64,000 bases of DNA from Octopus vulgaris (taxonomy: Eukaryota), in assembly GCA_951406725.2 (NCBI GenBank), contig OX597816.1, forward strand, positions 65,968,001 through 66,032,000, read 5' to 3'. Every line of letters starts with the position of its first letter. Position 1 is the stretch's first letter. Under the pieces are notes generated by a model. The model saw nothing but the letters and a program-made list of their open reading frames with translations, made no database searches and was not told where the DNA came from. Positions 28,491 to 42,110 of the stretch are shown here, one piece after another. Made by a program: the position numbers and the translations under genes.

Positions 28491-29137
28491 GCAGTAAAGT
28501 CAATACAACAGTAGAACAGGCTAGTTTACTTTATTGTATCCCATTTGATATTTCACTTTTCTGAGTTCAATTTCATGCTAAGATTGCCTTTACTTTATAT
28601 TCTTTAAAGGTTGATAAAATAACAATGGGTTCAATTATATATTTAATCATTATTACTTTTTATCATCATCATTATGTAGTTGGCTTTTTAAGTAGAAAAT
28701 TATAACATTGCTCTTGTGTTTAAGATATATATTCTTATATTCAAATTTTGCATATCTTTCATCAGGTAAGTTTTCATTTTTTTCAAATAAATTTCGCATT
28801 AGTTTTCTTTACTTTGGTGGTTATTAGATGAATGGAATGTCAAAAGTGAAATTTCTCGGTGTATTTTTTATTGTGTCACAAGACATCAGTAACAACATTA
28901 ATCTACAGTGAATATATATATATGTGTGTGTGTGTGTATTTACATATGTATATATATATGTCTATATATATGTCTGTATATACATATGTAATTGTATATG
29001 TACATATATGGATGTATGTGTGTGTGTATATATATATATAATGTATGTGTATATGTCTATATATGTATGTATATGTATTTGTATATATATGTATGTGTAT
29101 ATATATACATATATGTATATATATATGTATATGTATG

Positions 29138-29196
<59 letters not shown>

Positions 29197-32100
29197 GTGT
29201 ATATATAATGTGTGTGTATATATATGCATAGAAACTCTAGAAACTAGGTGTGCATTTTTGTAAAATCAGGTTAGTTGTTCAGCCATATTCATGACTGAAT
29301 GTTTACCTGGGTTCTGTTTTTTGATATTGTCTCTTGATTTATGGTTGCAAGTGTTTGATATCTTAACATTTTCTTCAAAATTTTGATCATATTTGTCTGA
29401 TTATCTCAACAAGTTTAATCTCTGTTAAAACCCACTTTTATTTATTTCTTTTTTTTTTCAAATACAGTTGTTTGTTTTGATGGGTTCACTTGATATTTTC
29501 AAACCGATTCTAAGTTAGCAAGACTTTAATTGAAACATTTGATAAATATTTTTAGAAAATTTCTAATATATATAGATTATAAACAAATTAAAGTTCTTAT
29601 ATAAATGAAATGTAACAATATTTCTTCTTTCTTTTTACCTGAGGCTAGTGTATGACATTATAATATTACTGCTAATGTTTAAATTCTCTAAATTATAATG
29701 TCAGTTATTATATATGCTCGAATATAAAGTGAAGAATTTTCTCAAATATTTCCCTCAATTTCAAAGCAAACAGAAAAGCTACTATCTAGTTGATTCTCAA
29801 GGAAGTCCCTATTAATCATATTAAGTTATGAGGGACTTTGTAAAGACTGAAACATATGGTGCCCCTTCACCCTATATTTGAGCATATGCAATAACTTTTA
29901 TCACAAATCAATGCATTTAATTTACTTTCAGTTCCAAAATATATTGTAAAAGAAAAGAAAATACATTTATGGTTTCTTGTGTAAAATCTATAGTTTTGAT
30001 ATAGATCATAACTATATTCCTTTCACAATTATAGATTTGTGCCTTGTAGCATAAGATCACAAATGTGAATGATTGATTAAATCAATGTACTATATGCCTG
30101 GTACTGTTTTATAAGTCTAGTTGGTATATAAAACTCTTTTGACTCTGACTACATTTGAACTCAGAATGTAGAGAGAGCAAACACATTTTGTTCAATGCTG
30201 TATCCATTTTACATTACAACCACTTTTATTAGTTATGTTACCAATTAGCAGTCAAGAAAGAGATGAAAACTTAATAAAATTCATTTTCACAATTTTAATT
30301 GATTAAATCATACACTCACATATGATAAAGGCTGATGATGAATAAATGTCATTATTTCATAATAGCTCATAGTTATTGTTATTCACATAGACTATTTTAC
30401 TCTTACTAAATACTAGTATAAGTAGGTTCAGGTGTATGTGCTACAAAATATATTATTATATTTGAAAAAAAAATGTACAGAGAAAACCATTATTTTTATG
30501 TACAGATATATGTAAGTAATAATTAAAAATCAATACTACTACAGTTTACCATGTGGTGCTATTGTAATAGGCATGGCTTAATATCTAAGTCTACTATTAT
30601 ATACTGATTTAGATCACTGTGCAGGTATTGTGATCAGTAAGCAATTATATCAATCAATTTCACTTTTGCAATTGATGGATTAGCATTGAAGTACTTTAAA
30701 CCCTAAAACTTATTTTACTCATTTAGTTTTCACATGATATCTTGCAATAAATGCTGTGATAAATACAAAAGACTATGAGCCCATGAACAACTTCATATTA
30801 GTTATTTGAATATCAAATTTGAGCAAATTAACTACTTACATTCTTTTATTTTCTCTCTGCTTACTGTTTAATCAATGCCTCAGCAGTTATTTTAATAATA
30901 GAAGAAAATAATCTTTAAAGGAGAACTGAATAAGCTAAGCATTAAGTCAAAGATAAATAATGCATTGAAAATATTTTACTCTTCTCTCTTTCAATCTGCT
31001 TGTAAATATCAATTGATACCCTGTTGTGAATAAGAAATGATTTTTGAAATAGTCAGTAGTAGAAAATGATATCTAACAACATGATTTTTTTTCTCTGTAG
31101 CTGACCTGGTAGTGTCCTAACCAGATTGCATGTTATGTCAATTAGACTCTTTTCTATAGCTGTGTTCTGTTCATGTAATTCTCATTAATGTCAAACCAGT
31201 TAGTAAGTATGTGATCTAGTCTGGCTTTATAAAGATACATAATGCCATTTAATTCTCTAATAAAGTCAATATCTATTTTAAATGCACAATAAGCATTTCA
31301 TTTTCAGTGTGACTTACACACCTGATTAAATATGCTGTTGTCACAAATGACATCTTTCTTTATGTTATTATCATATAATTATCCCTATCAGTTTTCTCAA
31401 AAAATAGAAAAATGCTTGCTTTCTTTACAAATTGAGATGATTAGATTTAGAGTTTATTACCATTGTCATTATCATCATCATCTTAGAGGATATATTAACT
31501 AACACATCAGTGGTGTCATCTTTATCATCAATGTAATTGTTGTTCATTATCATTTTATCATTATTCATTTTAATTTTTGTAAATCATTGCAAAATTAGTA
31601 CTTAGTGTTAATTTCTTTTATAATGTAATTTTCTTTTTCATTTCTGCACCATCCTCACCAGTTTCACATCCTTTCTAACATTTTCAGTTGAAGCTGTTAC
31701 TCGGGGATGGTTAGCTTAAAAACTAACATCAAAAATAAAATCGAATATAGCTGTGTTAAAATTTTCACTAAATTGATAATTCTCACTTTAAAAATCTAGT
31801 AAAGAACTTCAACTCACAGTATTCATATATCTAAAATGTTTAGAATAATTTGAGCACACTTCATTTCAACTAAGTCACAATATTAATCAAGGATATTAAT
31901 CACTTTCCAATAAAGATGCAGCCATACTAATTAGAGTCAAATGGTCTTAATTTAAAATCTGAGTAAATAAATATCATTGATATTCTTTGTCTTTGGGAAA
32001 TATATATAATAATATTATATATATATATATATATATATTCTCTTTCAGCAATTAGAAAAAAGTGTTATAAGTATTATAAATTTTAGGCATAACCAGTGTG

Positions 32101-33180
32101 ATTAGTGTGCTTGTTCATTAAATTTCAACATACTGTGAGAAAAAAAAAAACCTTACTGAGATATATCTTCATGTATGTATTACTTATTAGTCTAATTGGA
32201 TCATATCTGAAAACTAACCTGTTTACTATACTACCAAAATTTACTATTTACTCTTTACTATTTTAGCAAAATTTAAAATATGCGGTAAGTTTGGTGGTAT
32301 TTGTAGAATGGCAGTCAAAATGCCCTGAAGCATTTAATTACATCTCTTTACATTCAAGTTCAAATTCTGCCAAATTTAAGTTGGCTTTTCATGCATCTCG
32401 GTTCAGTAGAAGTACCAGTCTAAAAGTATTAGGGTAATTAAATCTACTATATCTTTGAATGTAGTAACCTGTTTTGGCCTCAGTCCAATAACTGAAACAA
32501 ATAAAACAATATAAGAATACACATACTATCTAAATTAGCTTTAAATTATCATAAATAATACAGAACTAGACTAAATGTTTTACGAAGGTTTCTATATTCT
32601 CTGTTGATATCCTGCCTGTGTTAATAACTAGGTAACAGTAATAATAATTAATTAGTATGTCACAATATATATGCAATGTTGGAAATTTTAAAAAAAGAAT
32701 TGCCTCCTTCTTTGTCAGTAAATCATTATCATATTTATTATTTTACAATGATTATAATTAGATATTTAGTGAATATATCAGAAAAATCTCACTCATTTGT
32801 ATTTTTATTGCTTCTCATGACCTCATGTTTATTCAGCATTTTCTTTTTAATCATTCATTTATCATTGTCGTTGTTGTTCTCGGTGTTGTCATACCTTTTT
32901 CATACATAGATTATATGTATTTTTTGTATGTATGTGCTTATAATCAGAATAGTGTAGTAGCCTTATATATATAGTATATGTACATATACATATATTTATA
33001 TTAATGTACACATGCATAGATATATTAGATATATTTAGATATAATATTTGTATATATTACAAATAATATTTATGTATTATATATAATATATATGCACTAC
33101 ATATATCTATTGATAAAAATGGTAAGACAACAAAAGAATGAAAGAAACCTTGATATTATGTGAATAGAGGAATTTATCTG

Positions 33181-33413
33181 TAAATGTAATATGCAACAAT
33201 TATTCGGTAGCCATAATAAAACTCTGAGTTTTGGATGCCGAGGTGGAAATCCATGCCGCCATCTCTTCAGTTATCCAGCCATCGGATAGATTTTTCATAG
33301 CTTTTTTTCCGATGGCCGGATAACTGAAGAGATGGCGGCATGGATTTCCCCCTCGGCATCTGAAACTTGGAGTTTTATCATGGCTACCAAATAATTGTCA
33401 CATATTACATTTA
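33181..33413. mobile_element. Fold-back element (~106-bp inverted arms, ~21-nt spacer), Penelope-pLTR-like, hammerhead-bearing
   Basis: 33181-33286 is the reverse complement of 33308-33413 with scattered mismatches. It sits in TA-rich flanks. Confidence 0.85.
33313..33386 (+). ncRNA. Minimal type-I hammerhead ribozyme, intact core
   Basis: Stem I GATAA/TTATC, CTGAAGA 33324-30, stem II GATG..CGG/TCG..CATC, GAAA 33362-65, stem III A-C-T(tgg)A-G-T, GUU cleavage triplet ending at 33374. Confidence 0.72.
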
Positions 33414-33929
33414 TGTATGTATATATATACAAAATAATTTTTGTAAAATAGGAATTTATAATTTTATATATAATATCATATTAATACACGTGCACACACA
33501 CACACTCATGTAATTATATATATATAACTTTACATAATGTTCAATTGTGTACACATATCTACAGCATTGTTTGTAAAAATACTATTCTTTGCTTGTATGG
33601 GTCAGGTGAAATTTATTGAAACAGATTTTCTGTGGCCAAATGCTATTCATTACCAACTTCCACCTGTCTCCAAGCAAAGTTGTATTTCTCATAGTCCATT
33701 CGATACAAACTGTACAAATACCAGAAGTGTTTGCAAACAAATGGCACATAATCTGTGACAGTGGCATTTGTTTAAAATTATCACATATCAATATAAAGAC
33801 ATATAAATTATATACATATATATGTGTTTATATATCATCATATGTGTATATAAACACATATACATATATAATACACACACACACATACACATTTGTATAT
33901 TTATGCATATGTATAATATGTGTGTATAA

Positions 33930-34450
33930 AACCCTTCAGTTTCAGTCTACTGGACCCTCTTACAAGAATATATATAATCTCCAAAGAAAAGCCAGTCATC
34001 ATGCCAATCACTAACTCTTGAAATCCTTAGGCCTTGGAGAGAGAAATGAAACCATTTTGTGGATTGAGTCTGTATTTCTGGATCATAAAGATATGATCTC
34101 ATCTCCCTCCCTGTCACCAAATCAGAAAAATGTGTCTTTAATGGCTTCAAATGCTTCAAACAGATCAGATCAGATTATAGTACACTTTCTGATACCTAAA
34201 ATTTTTCACCATCTTCTATAATGTATTGTGACCATTATTCATTTGAGCCTTACAGATTGTGACTCATCAGTCTGCATAAACCTGTTTGTCTACTCACTAG
34301 CAATTTGTGTCAGTTGTCATAGTTGATGGTTTTTCTAGTGCATGGTTTTGGCTTCAATCTGGTTTCCTCCTTTTTAAAAATTTTTCATCCATCTATGCAC
34401 ATTGCTATCCTCAATGAAATCATTTCCATAAACAACCTGCAGTCTTCTGT
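33930..34450 (-). mobile_element. Decayed mariner transposase fragment
   Basis: FSDLVTG...SYLYDPEIQTQSTKW..SPRPK corresponds to the mariner IVTGDETW.Y.YDPE.K.QS.EW motif. Confidence 0.65.
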
Positions 34451-34650
34451 GGACGTCAGACATACCTTCTTCATCAAGAAATCATCAGCATCTTACCTCT
34501 GCTTTTATTTGCCTACAATGAAAAAAGAAGAGGAACAATAGTTACTCTACCAAGATGTGCAATTTGGAGGACTTATGCAGTTATAGAAAAGTTATACCAC
34601 TTTAGGATTATTCTTGGGATAGCCCTTATGTCTGCACACACACATATATA

Positions 34651-34883
34651 TATTTCTTTACTACTCACAAGGGGTTAAACATAGAGGGGACGAACAAGGA
34701 CAGACAAAGGGATTAAGTCGATTACATCGCTCCCAGTGCGAAACTGGTACTTAATTTATCGACCCTGAAATGATGAAACGCAAATTCGACCTCAGCGGAA
34801 TTTGAACTCAGAACGTAACGGCAGACGAAATACAGCTACGTATTTCGCCCGGCATGCTAACGTTTCTGCTAGCTCGCCGCCTT
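34651..34883 (-). mobile_element. Full-length tRNA-derived SINE
   Basis: Reverse complement of the nested copy at 28246-28462. Confidence 0.85.
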
Positions 34884-35929
34884 ATATGTATATATATGCA
34901 CACACATATATATATACATATAAATCATACACACACACACACACATCAAATTCATCATCATCATCATTAAATGTCTGTTTTCCATTCTGACATGGGTTGG
35001 ACACTTAGATAGAAATTGGCAAGCCAGAGCATTGCACTGAGCTCCAGTGTCTCCCTTGGCATGGTTTCTACAGCTCGATGCCCTTCCTAACACCATCAAC
35101 TTTACTTAATATATTGTGTGCTTTTATGTGGTACCAGCACTAAGTGGAGGTGTGTATTGAGGGAGGTAGCTTTATGTAATGTGATGAGATGTTAAAGTAT
35201 GACAGTATGTTGTGTCAGTAATACATGGTTACCTTAGCCATGTGTCACCTCTACAGGTGATAAAAAAAGAGAGATGGTAGTGAATAGACATCCCGGCATA
35301 CCCACAAGCTTCATGAAGGTGAATATAAGATAAATGGAACAGAAGATTGAACTGGGCTAATAAGTAGATAGATTCACAAGAGGGTGAAAGGAAAGTGGCA
35401 AATGGATAAAAATGGGGATAGAGAAATACAGTGTATGGGGAACATGGATAGACATTTGGTGAGTGGGGAATTTCAGTTTTCAGAGTAAAGGTAATAGAAG
35501 TGTGTCAAGGAGATGATAGGTGGCAGCACAAAAGTGGGGTGAAATATGTGCAGTTCTGCTTTCATATAATTACAGCAGCTAAGTGGTATATATGTGTGTG
35601 TGTTTGTATTGATATAGAAAGATAGATATATGCACAATATCCACAAGTGCATGCACACACATATAGCTGAAAATGTATATAACTGAATAGGTATTTATGA
35701 TAGTATGTATAAGTGCTATGAATTGGTAGTTATGTATAAGCATCAGTGGAGAGTGGTTGATTTGCAAAACTTTTTAAAGCATTAACTGAGGTTGCCTGGT
35801 GTCAAGCTATATAGGTTTTTAAGGAAAACTTTTTCTTTGAATAACATTTGTATTGTGGAAGGAGCATAATTGTATGCATGGCAGACAGTCTTCCACAAAA
35901 TTTTTTGTCAGCACATTTAGCTACAGATA

Positions 35930-36149
35930 TGAGGGGTTGCTGAAAAGTTCCTGGCTTTGGGTAAAAGAAAATACAGGGAGGATCAGTCAGTTATGATTTT
36001 ATTCAACATATTCCCTTCTCAGATTCACACACACTTACTGCAGTGTTCCTTCAGTTTTTCTAAGCCCTGTAAAATTAACTCAGAAGGTTGGGTTTCCAAC
36101 GAGGCCTTACACGATACCCTTAAAGCCAGAAACTTTTCAGCACTCCTTG
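35930..36149. mobile_element. Mariner-type MITE
   Basis: TIRs tgaggggttgctgaaaagttcctggcttt / aaagccagaaacttttcagcactccttg, flanked by TA. Confidence 0.85.
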
Positions 36150-36420
36150 TATATTGACAAATTTGAATGACAGAAGCCATTTGTGTGTGTGTGTGTGTGT
36201 GTAAACGTATGTAAATCCTCCCATTGAATCACATACTCATCTGAAACTTCTGGATCCGCTTCTCTGACCCAACAACTGCTCCAATCTTTCTCCACCTCCT
36301 CACCTGAAGAAAGATCATAACTTTGCCACCTCTGAGTTAGTAGCTTTATAGCTCCCAGCCATACACAACCAGGCGCTCTTAAATGCACTTGTTAACAATG
36401 CAACAATTGTCCTTATATTT

Positions 36421-36652
36421 GTTTCTTTATTATCCACAAGGGGCTAAACTTAGAGGGGACTAACAAGGACAGGCAAACGAATTAAGTCAATTACATCGAC
36501 CCCAGTGCATAACTGGTACATAATTTATCGACCCCAAAAGGATGAAAGGCAAAGTCAACCTCGGCAGAATTTGAACTCAGAACGTAACGGCAGACGAAAT
36601 ACGGCTACACATTTTGCCCGGCATGCAAACGGTTCTGCCAGCTCAACGCCTT
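36421..36652 (-). mobile_element. Full-length tRNA-derived SINE
   Basis: Same family as 34651-34883. Confidence 0.85.
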
Positions 36653-37049
36653 ATATTATTTGTCCTTATATTAACAACACTGTAGCTTTAGTCATTGGAG
36701 AGCCATTCCATTTTTATCCTTCAGCTCACCATAAATTTTTCTTCCACTTCACCCACAACAGCTTCTCATTTAATTTCCTTCCCCCTCTCTCTCTTTCTCT
36801 CACTTCCTCCTAGTTTTTTTTTTCCTCTCCTTCTACCTGTCTGCATACACATACTTGTTGTTTTGTGTTACCCATCAGTTACAGCCTCAAAGTTTACATC
36901 CTCAGACAATATAAAACTCTGCTGTCTTAACCCTGTAGAGGACTCAGTCCAAAATGATGGATACTCTACTCCCCTGTGGCAGTTTCACCTTAATTTTTCT
37001 GTGGCTATTTCTAAATGATACTTTTTTGAACCTGTCTACTCTTTAATAA

Positions 37050-37269
37050 CCCTTTAGCATTCAAACTGGCCATATCTGGTCTCAGTATTCTACTTGCTTT
37101 ATGTTCAAACCAGCCAGATGCAACTTTACACACTTACCCTATAATGTCCTTCTAAAAATAAGCAATCACATCATGAAAATCTCAAAGATACAAAATAATG
37201 CATGATTAATTCAAAACAATATGAATAAATAAGCATTGCATTTAACAAAATAATCTGAATGCTAAAGGG
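37050..37269. mobile_element. piggyBac-like MITE
   Basis: TIRs CCCTTTAGCATTCA / TGAATGCTAAAGGG with TTAA-like flanks. A second, oppositely oriented copy lies at 61779-62502. Confidence 0.75.
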
Positions 37270-39821
37270 TTACTTTCAAATCTAGTAAAAAGAAAATTGT
37301 AATTTCATAAATTCTGCTCAGTCTATTCTTAGGACTTAAACTTTCTCCCTGTTGCTAATTATTAATTACAAAAGTTTTAATAACCAAAATTTAGACCCCA
37401 AATCTTCTTCTAAACCCAGTTCTCATTGTTTTGATTGATTCTAATAACCTAAATCAACTCATCCTTTTATCTCCATGGAATTTTGAATTAGTACTACTTC
37501 AGTTGATAATTAAAGCTGTAAATGATATTTGTATTCATTGGCCATTTTTCTTGTCATTCCTACATATTCATTTGGTAATATGTATGGTGTTAATACTTTG
37601 AGACTAATTTTTTTAACACAATCTTGGCTTTGATTTTGAAGAATAAAATTTAAAATATAGTCTTTTAAAATTATTATGATATTATTTTATTTTCAATATT
37701 CTTATTTTTAAAGATCCATTATTATTAAATGTTTCATATAATTTCTGCCTTTTAATATAAAGAAATCATTTAAGACTTCAAATGAAAATATTCATATTCT
37801 ATTACCATCTACATGGAGATCTCAAAGTGTTAATATTGGCAAAGCTCTGGCACAATACTATGGGAAAATGGTAATGAAAGGCAGTAGTGGCTGAGATACT
37901 TAGCTCTATTTACAGCTTCCTGTAACTTGTATTTGCCATTTTTATAAAATGCTGCCTACAGCCATGGACCATCTTTGTTAAAATGTTTTTTAAAAAGTCA
38001 GCTGATCAGTTGTTCATCATTTTTTTTACATTTGTTGATCCACTGCTATCTTTCTTTCTGCTGCAATTTTTGTCCTTTCCTCATGGTCATCTTCCTTTTT
38101 CTTAGAAAACCCAACTTGATATTGAAGAATGTTTCACAGAAAAAATTAATTTTACTTTACTAATAATATTTCTCACCCCTCTAAGAAACAAGCAAGTCAA
38201 ATAGCCATATCTATAAAGGACGCAATTGGACATACTTTTAGCAGCAGTTTTCTGTACTTTATGGTCAATCCTATTAAATATGGTAAACCCCAGAGTAGCC
38301 TACTACATCAGTTCAACCTAGATTTTCTAACTTGAATTATTTCTGTTCAAACAATGTTTTTATGATATTGTAATTGAAAATATTTATGAAATTTACTTGA
38401 TTTAGTTTTCGAAGCATAACTTGATAGCAACAGCAATTCACAGTTAGGTATTGAATCCCCTGTAATCCACTTAAAATACATACACAAAACTAGTGAAGCA
38501 GTAAATAAATAATTTTGTAACCTTTCCATATTGCTAAAGGTTTCGAAAAGTATAATATATATATATGATATGGCTTTGCTTTAAAGTATTAGGTCCCCTT
38601 TTCAAAGACAAATTTTTATTTAAAGTAACATGAACACTAATATTTTAAAACTAGCAATTTCAGACAACATATTTAAATTCTTATATAGACACATAATATA
38701 TGTTGACATAAATTGGTTGAAAATTACTTGCTGGAGTATTTTGTATCCATTAACAGAAGTTAAATACACTAGTTTAACCAAATGAAGTATTTTCTTAAAA
38801 TTTTCTTTAAGCAACCAAGACTTTTCTCTAGTCTTGCAACTTCTTTGGCCATGCTTAAGAAGTCTTTGATACCTAGGAAGTCCCTGCCCCTTTAGATTCT
38901 GCAACTAGCTCAGATATTTTTCGATGGTCAGTTAAGAGTGCTTTTTTTTTTTCTCATAATAGCTGAATTACCTTTAGTTTCTGTAAGCCATTTTTGATGT
39001 TTAAAAGTCACACCTCCAACAATACTTCATCTATTAGGATTTATTGAATCAGCTCCTCTTTCAAATTGATTTTGTGCCAAGTCAAAAAGAAATCCTTGAA
39101 TTGACACAAATAGCAGCACCTTTACAGGAGTTAGCTTCATACTTTTATATTCTGAGTTCAAATCAAACTGGGGCTAATATTGCTTTTCATCTCTCCAAGC
39201 ACAATATAAAAAACTAATCAATGATACAATGGAGTCAATTTAATAAATTACATTTCCATCCCCATAAGAATTAGCTTTTTTATCTTATCAATAGAAATCC
39301 TTATTGTTGTTATTAAAGAGGAGATGGATTGCAGAATATGTAGATTCTGACATGAAATGACTTACAATAGTTTATTGCCCATTTTGAAAGAATGAAATTA
39401 GTTTTGTAGTAGACATTTCACATAAACTATACTCTAGTACAGGTTTATGGTACTTTCATAATGTAAATTTGTATAAAATATCATGTAGTAGTAGTAGTAG
39501 TAGTAGCAGTATTAGTAGCAGTAGTAGTAGTAGTAGTAGTAGTAGTTATCCGCCATCATTTAACATCTGCCTTCCATGTTGGCATGGTTTTTACAGCTGG
39601 ATGCCCTTCCAAATGCCAACCACTTCTCATAGTTCAAAGTGTGAACTGGATGCTTTTTACGTGGCGCCTGCACCGGCAGGGTCACCAAGTAACTTGCAAG
39701 GCAAAGGACCTTTAAGAGAATAGGGGGCATTGGAGGAGGTGATCTTGTGTCAGATGATGAAAGGTTAGAGTGTGACAGAAACAGGTGTCTTGCTATAGAG
39801 GAGGTACATGGTTACCCAGCC

Positions 39822-39855
<34 letters not shown>

Positions 39856-41028
39856 TGTGTGGTAACAAGAACGAGGATAGAAACAGGTGTGCTGATGTAA
39901 AGAAGATACTTATTAATCTAGCCAGAGAGGAGAGCAAAAAAAGAAGAGAGAGAGAGAGTGATCAAGAATGAGGGTAGAAATAGGTGAGATACATAGCTAT
40001 CCAGCCAGAGGGAAGAACAAGGGAAAGAGAGAGAGTGGGAGACAGCAAAAGTGCAGGAGAGAGATGGTGAAGTGCCAGAGTGTAATAATAATAATAATAA
40101 TGATGATTTCAAATTTTGGCACAAGGCCGGCAATTTGGGGGAGGAGATACATCAATTACATCAGCCCTAGTGTTCAACTATTACTTATTTTATCGATCCC
40201 AAAAAGATGAAAGCAAAGTCAACCTTAGCGGAATTTGAACTCAGAACATAAAGCTGGGGAAAATGCTGATTAGTATTTTGTCCAGTATGTTAATGATTCT
40301 GCCAGCTTACTGCCTGGTGGTAATAATAATAATAATCCTTCCTACTATGGGCACAAGGCCTGAAATTTATGGGGAGTGGGTAATTCAATCACATCAACCC
40401 CAGTACTTGACTGGTGCTAAATTTATTACCCCTGAAACAATGAAAGCAAAGTCAACCTCGGCGGAATTTGAACTCAGAACGTAACAGCAGACGAAATACC
40501 TATTTCTTTACTACCTACAAGGGGCTAAACACAGAGGGGACAAACAAGGACAGACAAACGGATTAAGTCGATTACATCGACCCCAGTGCATAACTGGTAC
40601 TTAATTTATCGATCCTGAAAGGATGAAAGGCAAAGTCGACCTCGGCAGAATTTGAACTCAGAACGTAAGAGCAGATGAAATGCGGCTACACATTTCGCCC
40701 TGCGTGCTAACGATTCTGCCAGCTCGTTGCCTTAAACAGGTAAAATACTGCTAAGCATTTTGCCCAGCTTGCTAATGATTCTGCCAGCTCACCACATTAA
40801 TAATAATGATAATAATCTTTTCTACTGTAGACACAAGGCCTGAAATTTGGGGGTAGAGGACTAATCGGTTACATTGATCCCAGTGTTTCACTGGTACTTA
40901 ATTTATTAACCCCAAAAGGATGAAAGGCAAAGTTGACCTCAGCAGAATTTGAACTCAGAGCGTAGCAACAGGTAAAATACTGCTGAGCATTTTGACCAGC
41001 ATGCTAACGATTCTACCAGCTTGCCACC

Positions 41029-41067
<39 letters not shown>

Positions 41068-41084
41068 TAATATGAGAGGTATAA

Positions 41085-41365
41085 AAAATAGCAAAGTACC
41101 AGGCCCTGACTATTAAATTACAGAGGCTATGGAAAGTGTGGGTAAAATGTATCCCAGTAGTTAATGGTGCATTGGGAACTATCCATAAAGATCTGAACAG
41201 ATGGATAGAGGAAATAGGCATAAAACCCAGTTTAGCGCAGCTCTAGTAAACAGTGTTATTAGGGACAGCTAGGACACTTAGGAGGATTCTTGGCATCTAA
41301 GGCAACTTGTTGTAGCCTGATGTTAGGATTCTTTCTTTTTCTAACAGTCTAATCTGTTGAATGTA
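41085..41365 (+). mobile_element. R4/Dong-like LINE 3' end inserted in (TAA)n
   Basis: KIAKYQALTIKLQRLWKVWVKCIPVVNGALGTI...TVLLGTARTLRRILGI* (RLE C-terminus). Flanked on both sides by TAA repeats. Confidence 0.85.
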
Positions 41366-41593
41366 TATGATAATAATAGTAATAATGATGGTTTCAAATT
41401 TTTGTACAAGGCCAGCAGTTTTAGGGGAAAAGGTAAGATGATGTCATCACCTTGACTGATACTTATTTTATCGATTCCAAAAAGATGAAAAGCAAATTCA
41501 ACCTCTGCAGAATCTGAACTCAGAACAAAAAGACAGACAAAATGCCGCTAAACTTTTTGTTCGGCATGCTAACAATTCTGCCAACTCACTGCC

Positions 41594-41626
<33 letters not shown>

Positions 41627-41646
41627 TTAATAATAATAATAATAAT

Positions 41647-42110
41647 AAAAAGATGGGCTACAGCAAATATTCTGCTCAATACCATAGATTTGCTTGTCAC
41701 TTGTTTGACCTTAACCAGTTGAGCATGTCCCTTAGTGGTTGATATGTGCATCTCTGATCGTGAGCAGAAGTAGTGGGGGAGCATCATAGCTATGTGTTGA
41801 GCGGGATTCTTTGGAGTTTGAATAATTCACCTCTGGAAACACAGGTGGTTCGTTCAACATCGTTAAACAACCCTTATTCAGGGACCTTTTGAGTAGGATG
41901 GGTTACTCAAGCAGGAGAAAATTCTAACTGGGCCCCACCTGCAAGGTCATTGCTGTTTATCGTGATATGAGATCACCATGTCACGCACATATAGTTGTGA
42001 TGCATGTGCCTGGTGTACCCTTATCAGACGGGTAGTCATGATGGGTATACTGGGCTTCATATATTTTACCCCAGTATCACTTTGATGGCATGAACTGCTC
42101 TCTCACTCAA
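41647..42110. mobile_element. Unclassified ~460-bp non-coding repeat between (TAA)n tracts
   Basis: GC-richer island bounded by TAA repeats, with local hairpins (gtatactggg...cccagtatcac; taccc...gggta). Confidence 0.5.

Noticed and set aside
31085-31210. Acceptor-like ttttctctgtag with downstream CTAAC and TGCATG motifs (possible microexon)
   Set aside because: Only weak donors, giving 8 or 11 nt non-frame-preserving exons. It cannot be supported without transcripts.
34235-34275. CTGATGA on the minus strand resembling a hammerhead core
   Set aside because: There is no proper GAAA or stem I, and it lies inside the decayed mariner coding sequence.
37780-37895. Short open stretch PSTWRSQ...GKMVMKG vaguely like the missing N-terminal PDZ exon
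   Set aside because: No convincing acceptor, wrong donor phase and weak similarity to HPVxWQPS..G..LIG.
38620-38930. Minus-strand ORFs here and at 55856-56121 as possible Tc1/mariner relics
   Set aside because: No diagnostic motif could be read with confidence.
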